Shown one piece after another: positions 54,864 to 64,000 of a stretch of 64,000 nt of DNA (its first letter is position 1; each line of letters begins with the position of its first letter). Source of the stretch: Eledone cirrhosa (lineage: Eukaryota); contig OZ024740.1 of the NCBI GenBank assembly GCA_964016885.1, forward strand, positions 127,162,001 to 127,226,000. The letters are read 5' to 3'. The position numbers and the translations under genes are program-made. The notes under the pieces are model-generated. The model did no database searches. It saw nothing but the letters and a program-made list of their open reading frames with translations, and was not told the origin of the DNA.

Positions 54864-57800
54864 ACAGCTGCATTTAGCTTGCTTTATGTTCATACGAGTT
54901 ATCACCAAGTCACAACCAGTGACTTCAAGAGACAACAAGGTCCGCCATGTCAAAGAAAGAACATACATAATCTCACATGCATCTTTAGGTGTTTAGACTT
55001 GTGATGTACTTATATTGACAGAATCTTCCTTAGTATATGGGCAGTTCCCATTAATACTATCTTTTGTATTTCTCTATACGCGGGTTTCCTGGGATTTGCG
55101 ATAAGTAATCATTAGACCCCTCAGGTATCATTCCTAGCGCGCCTACAACCACTGTTATTGTTTTAGTTCTCAATTTCCACATTTTTCCAATATCTATCTC
55201 CAGGTCCTTATACTTGCTCAATTTTTCAAATGTTTTTGTAGATACATTCTTGTCTATTGGAATGGACATATCAATTAGCAGGCATACCCTCTTTTTAAAG
55301 TCCTTCAATATTATATCAGGTTTATTTGCATCTATTTTTCGGTCTGTTTGGATGCTAAAGTTCCACAAGATTGCGATGTGATCTTTTTCAAGTACGGAAG
55401 GTGGTTGATGCTCCCACCAATTCTTTTGATGGGGCAGGTCAAAATGCTTACACATTATCCAATGTATGTATTGTGCAGCTCTGTCATGCCTGTTTAGGTA
55501 TTCGGTTGGAGCTATAGGACTGCACATTGAAATTATATGGTCAATGGTCTCTGGTTGTTTTTTACATACACGGCATAATAGGCTGCATCCATTTTTTATT
55601 ATGTTGGCTTGGTAATTTTTTGTTGGCAGACACTGATCTTGTGCTGATATAATCAGTCCTTCAGTCTCCGATTTCAGTCCAGATGATGCCAACCACTGAT
55701 GGGTTAAAGTTTTGTCAACATCAGGATTGTTAGCTCGTTCTGGGTATTTTCCATACAGAGGCTTTTGTTGTCATTTCTTAGCCAGTTTCTGTAGCAGTTC
55801 TTTCTTTGCAGTTTCTTTTACCTGCTTTGCTTTTTCTGTGTTTTCCATTTCAGCAGTAAATGGGACTTCTGAAATTTGTAGTCCATTACTGTATCTTTGT
55901 GCATCTTTTGTAATGGAGTATGATCTTTTGATGCTTTCGTGTTTCAAAACGAGTTTGATCATTCAATCATGTGATTCCCTTAGATATGTAGATAATCCAA
56001 TTGTTGCAGTTTTCAACGCAATGTCTAACTGGATTAACCCACGTCCTCCTTCTTTCCTAGGGAGATATATTCTATCTGTATCTGCCTTAGGGTGATGCAT
56101 TCTGTGCATGGTTAAGAATTTTCGAATTTTTGTATCGAGCCTACGGATCTCTGTGCTTGACCAGTTGATGACATTGTAACTGTAGGTTACTACTGGTATG
56201 GCAAGCGTATTTATGGCATCGATCATATTCCTTGCATTCAATTCCGTTCTTAAGATTGCTCTTACTCTGCGGTAACATTCCTTCCTAATCCTTTCCCTCA
56301 TTGTCGAGTGCTTGATTCCCTCTCCTTCACAAACACCTAGATATTTGTAAGTTTCCTCTTGTTCAAGTTCTCTTATCACATTCCCCCGATCAAGATTAAT
56401 GTCTGAACTCTTCAGCAGCTTTCCTCTGGTGAACGTTGCTTTGGCGCATTTATCTAGTCCAAATTCCATTTTAATGTCATCACTGAACTGCTCCACAGTG
56501 GATAATAGCCCTTGCAATTGTTCATCATTTTTTGTAAATAGTTTCAGGTCATCCATGTAGAACAAGTGATTAATGGTTTTGTCATAGACTTTATATCGAT
56601 GTTTTGTTTCATTGAGCATTTTACTTAATGGTATAAGTGCGATGCAGAATAAAAGCCGTGATAAAGAGTCACCCTGAAAAATTCCACAATTAATATTAAC
56701 TTCTCCAGCTTCCTCTGATTTTGTTACACTATTCAAAGGGAGTATCGTTTTCCATGTCTTCATACTGAACGAGAAAAACCTCCTGACAACGGGAGTTATT
56801 TTGAAAATCTCTAAACATTTTTCAATCCAACTGTGAGGCAAACTATCGAATGCTTTTTTATAATCTATCCAAGCAATTGATAGATTGTTGTGTCTATTAT
56901 GACAATCTTCCAGTGTCATTTTGTTATCCAAAACCTGATTCTTACAGCCATATGAGCCTCGTTTACACCCTTTCTGCTCAATGGGAAATAGGTCATTTGT
57001 TATCAGGTGGTCATATGTATATTCAGTTAGGACTGATGTAAAAATTTTATACATTGTGGTCAAGAAAGTTATCGGTCTTTAATTTTGGGGATTGTTTGTC
57101 TCACCATTCTTCGGAAGCAGGAATGTAATGCCGTTAACTAGCCATGATGGTATCTTTTCTGGCTCCTTAACTATTTCATTGTAAAGTTGGGCTAACAGCT
57201 CATGAGACTCTGTGAAGGCATTTATCCAAAAATTTTGTATTTTGTCTTTTCCTGGGGAGGTCTATTTGCTGGTTTTTCTTAGAGTCAAACGCAACTGTTC
57301 AACTGTTATATTTTCCCATATTTGTTCCTCAAGGTGAGCTGTATCTTTCATGTGTCTGTCTATCCATGGGGCATGTATATTATGAATTTTTTCTTCGGCC
57401 CAGATCTTTTCCCAGAATTCTTGCACTTCCTCCTTGGGTGGTACTGATTTAGCAGTTATTGTTGACTTACCAATTTTTCTGTAGAAGTTTCTTTGGTTGT
57501 TTTTGAACATATTATTGTCCTTATAGAATCTAGATCGTTTTTCAAAGCGCCTTATACGAGCAGCTTTGGCCGACACTTTTTGCCTGATTATTTCAATCAG
57601 CATGTCTATGTCACTTGTTGATTTTATACTGTACTTTCTTTTCAATTTTCTAAGTTTAGTTTGTTAAACATGTTCACCTACTTTATAGTTTGTAAACATT
57701 TCTATGTCAGATCGGAGAAGGTTTATTAGGCGATTGATATTCTCTTGCCAAGTAGATTTTTTGTGGGAATTCCTTTGTTTTTTCATCTTCACTCCACATA

Positions 57801-58820
57801 AGTGAGTGGTGACTTTAGCCGATGCATAATAGAGATGATTTAAATCAGCGAATGTTTAGTTTGTTTGTGATGATAATGTTTTTGAGAATTATGTTAGTCT
57901 TGTGTATTATCTTTTGGTTCTGTTTGGAGTTCTGGATCTTAGGGAGGGTGCTTCGTTCCCCCATGTCAGATTCTTTCATTTTCATCCATTCGATCATAAT
58001 TTCATCCTTCAAGTTGGCAAGTTCATTCTCATTCATTTCTTTATCATTTACGATCTCATTGTTTTCATTTGGAGTTTCATCTTGAGCATGCACTCCCTCC
58101 GCTTTTTCGATCCTTTCTTTAATTTGTTCTGTTGTCAGTGATTCCGCCCCAACCCTGGGATTCGAAGTGTTACAATTTACCTCGTTTTCACTGACACATG
58201 CTTCATTTTCCCTTCGCTGACTTTGTGCTACTAGCTTGATCTGATCAATTTCTATATCAGTTAGTAACGTTTTTTTTACAATATTTCTTCGTATATTGGC
58301 TAGTTTGTTACTGTCAATATAGCCTCTGTTTTCGGGATGTTTCTTTTTCCAGTTGATATATGTCTGTTCTGTATTCAATGTATTTGATGGGTAGTACATG
58401 GCAGTGTAGAAAGCCTCAAGGACTTCTTTATTATCTTCCCTTGACCATTTTTCTCTCTTTTTCTTTGGATTTCTTGGTGGTGAGCATGGAGGGACAACAG
58501 TAGGAGTATTCCGGTTATGGGAGATCTCCAGCTCCGAAGTGATGGGAAGGTTTGAACCATTAGCTGATTTTTCGACCCCAGTCTGGTTCCTCTCTGAGGG
58601 ACGCAGCTCTTTTTGACTCGGGTGACGGCCGATCCGTTATGAGATTTTATCATTAGACATATACTTTATGTTGTCGCGTTGTATCCTTATCCGCCAAGGG
58701 GTAATCATTTCGTGTTACCACTTCTAGGACGAGTGTCAGCCAAGACTAGAGGGGTCGTCCTCCTCTAGAGACAAGGCAACCCCGGCGGCCGCCATCCCGG
58801 TATTTCTTGGTCACTGGGTT
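54864..58820 (-). mobile_element. Near full-length R4/Dong clade retrotransposon, copy 1 (single ORF ~58660-55010 broken by several stops/frameshifts)
   Basis: N-terminal KWSREDNKEVLEAFY; RT WIDYKKAFDS, GIFQGDSLS, HLFYMDDLKLF; CRVC..ETIDHIISMC; RHD; KPDII..IDMSIP..KLSKYKDL; VVGALG. Confidence 0.95.
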
Positions 58821-59658
58821 TTCTTTTTTGTTGTTTTTTAAATTGTTATTATCATGAGTGGTTCCTTAATGTGAGCATTGTGTGGCTTAAGAATGAAATT
58901 ATTAATAATATAATATACTGTTTGCTGAAGTTGCCTGTTATTGGTGTTGGCTATGTCGGTGGTGGTGCTGGGGCTTTTTCTATTGTTGGTGGGGAAGGGG
59001 GGAGCCAGCAGTGCCATAGTTGTTGACGTTTGGCCGGTGGCCGGGTCACTAAGTCAATCTATTTATATATTTTGCTAGCCTTTCCCTTGTCTAGTGATAC
59101 CGCCACCTTCCCCTTTCTTATGTTAACAGAAGGTAATGGGGGAATAGTGGTGGTAGCAATGAAGGAGTGGTGGCGGCGGTGATGGGATAGTGGTGGCAAT
59201 GATGGATGGAGTGGTGGCGGCGGTGACTATAGTGATGGCGTTGTCGTTACTGAGTGTTATTGAATAGGCTGTAGTTTTGTTTGATCTGTGTATCTATGCG
59301 TTTGTCGCCTATGTTTATTATATGTGTTGACATATTTTCTTAATATTGGAATTAAACATTTTGTTAAAACTTGAGACAATAATAATAGTAATTATTATTA
59401 TTATGCTGAGATTGGTGGTGGTGAAATTGCCGTTATCTGGCTGTTGTATTTAGTGTACACAGAGGGGTGATGGGGTAGGTGGTTATCTAGTTTCTGGTGT
59501 TGGTGAAATTGCTGTTATTTGGCTGTTCTATATAGTGTAGACAGAGGGGGTTTTCTTCCATTTATAACCATTTTCTTTTTTTAATATAAAATGTATAATA
59601 CAAAATTGAATATTTGAGCGATATAACAATATATTATGGATCCGAATTTTTCTGGGAC

Positions 59659-59720
<62 letters not shown>
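59659..59720. repeat. (TTA)n tract at the 3' junction of Dong copy 2
   Basis: Directly visible. Confidence 0.95.
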
Positions 59721-59721
<1 letters not shown>

Positions 59722-62700
59722 TCACATATCTTGCTTTATGTTCATACGAGTTATCACTAAGTCACAACCACTGATCTCAAGTGACAATAAGATCCACCAT
59801 GTTCAAGAAAACACACACACACTTGTGTATCTTTAGGTGTTTACACTTGTTATGTACATATAGTGATAGAATCTTCCTTAGTATATGGGCAGTTTCCATT
59901 AGTACTATCTTTTGTATATCTTCTCTACGTGGGTTTCCTGAGATTTTGGATAAGTAATCATTAGACCCTAGAGCACCTACAACCACAGGTATTGTTTTAG
60001 TTCTCAACTTCTACATTTTTCCAATTTCTATTTCCAGGTCTTTATACTTGCTCAATGCTTCAAACATTTTTATAGATACATTCTTGTCTATAGGGAGGGT
60101 CATGTCAATTAACAGGTATACCCTATTTTTTAAAGTCCTTCAGTATAAGATTGCGTCTATTTGCAAATACTTTCGGTCTGTTTGGAAGCTGAAGTTCCAC
60201 AAAATTGGGAGGTTATCTTTTTCAAGTACGGGGGTGGTTGATGATCCACCAAATTATTTTGGTGGCTAAGTCAAAATGCTTACACATTACCCAATGTATG
60301 TATTGTACCGCTCTGTCGTGCCTATTTAGGTATTCGGTTGGAGCTACAGGACTGCACATTGAAATTATATTATCAATGTTCGCTTGTTGTTTTTTCCATA
60401 TACGGCATAATGTGTTGCATCCATTGTTTATGATGTTGGCACACACTGAGCTGATATAATCAGTCCTTCAGTCTCCGATTTCAGTCCAGAGGATTGGCAA
60501 CCGTTGATGGGTTAAAGTTTTGTCAACATCAAGGTTGTTAGATCTTTCTGGATATTTTCCACACAAGCTTTTCTTACCATTTTTTAGCCAGTTTCTTTAG
60601 TAGTTCTTTTTTTTTTCTTTTGTAGTTACATTTATCTTTTTCTGTTTTTCACTTCAGCAGTAAAGGGAACTTTTGAAATTCGAAGTCTACGATTGCATCT
60701 ATGTGCATTTTTTGTAATGGATTATGATCTTTTGTTGCGTTCATGTTTCAAAACGTGTTTGACCATCCAATCATGTGATTCCCTTAGATATGTAGATAAT
60801 CCAATTGTTGCAGTTTTCAAAGTAATATTTAACTGAATTAATCCAAGTCTTCCTTCTTTCCTAGGGAGATATATTATATCTGTATCTGCCTTAGGGTGGT
60901 GTAGTTTGTGCATGATTAAGAATTTGCTTGACCACTTGATGATATTGAAACTGTAATTTACGACTGGTATGGCAAGTGTGTGCATAGCATCGATCCTATT
61001 CCTTGCATTTAACTCCTTTCTAAAAATTACTCTTACTCAGCAGTAACCCCATCATTATCCTTTCTCTTTTGTCGAGTGATTCCAGCCCCTTTACAAACAC
61101 CTATGTATTTATAAATTTCTACTTGATTAAGCCATATAAAGTTTAATGCCTGAACTTCTCAGCAGCTTTCTTCTTATGAACGCGCCTTTGGCGCATTTAT
61201 CTAGTCCAAACTCCATTTTAATATCAGTACTGGATCGCTTCACTGTGGATAACAGCCCGTGTAATTGCACATCATTTTTTGCAAATCGCCTCAAGTCATC
61301 CATGTAAAACAAGTGATTAAGGGTTTTGTCATAGACTTTATATCCATGTTTTGTTTCATTGAGCATTTTACTTAATGTTATAAGTGCGGTGCAGAATAAA
61401 AGCAGCGATAAAGAGTCACTCTGATAAATTCCACAATTAATGTCAGTTTCTCCAGCTTCCAGTAATTGTTTCACTGTTCAAAAGGAGTATTGTTGTCCAT
61501 GCGTTCAGACTGAACGACAGGAACCTCCTGACAACGGAATATATTTTGAAAATTACTAAACACTTCAATCCAACTGTGTGGCCAACTATCGAATGTTTTT
61601 TTGTAATCTATCCAAACAATCGATAGATATTTGTGTCTATTATGACAATCTTCCAAAATCATCTTGTTAATAAAAAGTTGATCCTTACAGTCATATTGAC
61701 CTGGTTTATGGGAAATAGATCATTTGCTATCAGGTGATCATATGTATATTTAGTTAGGATTGATGTTAAGCTTTTATACATTGTGGTCAAGCAATTTATT
61801 AGTTTGTAATTTGGGGGATTATTTGTCTCGTCATTATTCGGAAGTAAGACTGTAATGCCATTAACTAGCCATCACTATACCATTTCATTGTAAAGTTATA
61901 AATACATTATCACCACAAATAAATTAAATACTACTGAACTAAATTATCTGTATTATGCATCGGCTAAAGTTACCACTCACTTATGTTCATAAGACTCTGT
62001 GAAGCCACGTCTCTAAAATTTGGTATTTTTGTCTTTCCCCGGGGTTTTCCATTTGCTGGATTTTCTAAGAGTTAAACGTAGATGTACAAATGTTATATTT
62101 TCCCATGTTTGTTGCTGAAGGTGTAATGTATCATTCATTTGTCTGTCTATCTATGGAGCATGTATATATTGAACTTTTTCTTCGACCAAGATATTTGTTC
62201 CGGAATTCTTTCAATTCTTCCTTGGATGGTATTGATTTAGCAGTTATTGTTGACTTGTCAAATTTTCTGTAGAAATTCTTTCTTTTTTGGTTGTTTTTTA
62301 ACATGTTATTGTCCCTATAGAATCTAGAGCGTTTTTGAAAGCGCCTTATACGAGCAGCTTTGGACGACACTTTTTGCTTGATTGTTTCTATCAGCATGTC
62401 TATGTCGCTTGCTGATTTTATATTATATTTTATTTTCAATTTTCTAAGTTTAGTTTGTTTAACATCTTCACCTACTTTGTAGTTTGCTAAAATTTCTATG
62501 TCAGATCGAAGAAGGTTTATTTGGCGAATGATGTTCTCTTGCCAAGTAAATTTTTTGTGAGAATTCCTTTGCTTTTTCATTTTCACTCCACATAAGTGAG
62601 TGGTAACTTTAGTCGATGCATAATACAGATGATTTAGTTCAGTAGTATTTAATTTATTTGTGGTGATAATGTCTTTATGAGCTATGCGTGTCTTGCGTAT

Positions 62701-63560
62701 TATCCTCTGGTTTTGTTTGAAGTTCGGGATATCGTCCTTCCATGTTAGATTCATCCATTCGATCATAATTTCATTCTTTAGGTTGGCGAGTTAATTTGCA
62801 TTAATTTCTTTATAATTGATGATCTCTTCATTGTTTTCATTTTGCGTTTCATCTTGAACATGCACTCTTTCCACTTTTTCGAACTTTCATTAATTTTTCT
62901 GCTGTCAGTGATTCCACCCCTAGTGATTCCGGATTTAAGGTGTTACAATTTACTTCGTTTTTACTGACACGGTTCATTTTCCCTTCAATGTATTTGCACT
63001 AATTGCTTGATCTTATCAAGTTTCTTCGTACATTAGCTAGTTTGTCACTGTCAATATAATCGTTGTCTTCAGTATGTTTCTTTTTCCAGTGATATATGAT
63101 TGTTCTCTATTCGATCTGTTTGATCGGCAATACATGGCAGTGTAAAAAGCCTCAAGGACATCTGTATTGTCTTCCCGTGAAAATGTTTCTCTCTTTTTCT
63201 TTGGATTTCTTCGTGGTGAGCATGGAGGGACATCAGTTGAAGTATTTCGGTTATGGAAGGTCTGCAGCTCCGCATTGATAGGAAAGTTTGAACCATTAGC
63301 TGATTTTTCGACCCTAGACTGGTTCCTCTCTGAGGGACGCTGCTCTTGTTGACCCGACAGACGACCGATCCGGTATGAGTTTTTATTATTTGACATTGGA
63401 TTTATTTTGTTGCGTTTTATCCCTAACCGCCAAGGGATATTCATTTTGAGTGACCACTCCTAGGACGAATGTCAACCAAATCTAGAGAGTTCGTCCTCTC
63501 CCTGAGACGGGGCTATTTCCCACTGTCCACCGACCCGGTATTTCTTGGTCACAGGTATTT
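59721..63560 (-). mobile_element. Near full-length, more degenerate R4/Dong retrotransposon, copy 2
   Basis: Colinear with copy 1 from the 5' leader (GTGACCAAGAAATACCGGG) to the 3' UTR. WIDYKKTFDS, HLFYMDDL, EYLNRHDRAVQYIHW. Confidence 0.93.
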
Positions 63561-63579
63561 GTTTTGTTATTATTATTAT

Positions 63580-64000
63580 AAGCGGTGGATTGGCAGTATC
63601 GGTAGAGGGTCGGACGCCATGCTTTGCAGCATAGAGTTACGGCTCTGATCCCGCCGAGGTTAACTTTGCCGAGGTTAACTTTGCCGAGGTTAACTTTGCC
63701 GAGGTTAACTTTGCCTTTCATTCTTATGGGGTCGATGAAATAAAGTACTAGTCACGCACTGGAGTCGATTTAATCGACTTTCACCTCCCCCCAAATTACT
63801 GGCCTTGTGTCTATATAAGAAACCATTATTATAAGCGGTGGATTGGCAGTATCGGTAGAGGGTCGGACGCCATGCTTTGCAGCATAGAGTTACGGCTCTG
63901 ATCCCGCCGAGGTTAACTTTGCCGAGGTTAACTTTGCCGAGGTTAACTTTGCCTTTCATTCTTATGGGGTCGATGAAATAAAGTACTAGTCACGCACTGG
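63580..64000 (+). mobile_element. Tandem pair of tRNA-SINE copies (starts 63580 and 63834) with internal 15-bp repeats; runs off the window
   Basis: AGCGGTGGATTGGCAGTATCGG recurs with period 254. GCCGAGGTTAACTTT occurs x4 in the first copy and x3 in the second. Confidence 0.9.

Noticed and set aside
59414-59550. Two ~55-bp direct repeats between the Dong copies as a TSD
   Set aside because: They are adjacent local tandem duplicates and do not flank an element.

Overview
AT-rich eukaryotic (animal) genomic DNA. It is most likely a cephalopod such as Octopus, inferred from the SINE sequences and the very high (TA)n/(CA)n/(ATT)n microsatellite load. No host protein-coding gene can be recognised with confidence, and nearly all short ORFs ([18 protein letters not shown]) are translated microsatellites. 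The window holds many retroelement remnants: Penelope-like elements (RT + GIY-YIG pieces and non-coding termini with hammerhead-like motifs), five R4/Dong pieces (two near full length), four L1-Tx1 pieces, two clear RTE remnants, one CRE remnant, several tRNA-derived SINEs, a probable Helentron-associated element, minisatellites and a 200-N gap. The most notable structures are: (i) a 6.3-kb fold-back Penelope insertion with ~2.1-kb arms, one arm later interrupted by a Tx1 LINE with a 14-bp TSD; (ii) a recurring 'inverted arm + direct arm + one-sided tail, embedded in (TA)n' architecture in five inserts; (iii) a non-coding ~600-nt unit with terminal direct repeats, present as two diverged copies and carrying an atypical hammerhead-like motif (candidate retrozyme-like family); (iv) a conserved structured 5' leader on both Dong elements. 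Boundaries were read by eye and are approximate unless exact motifs are quoted.
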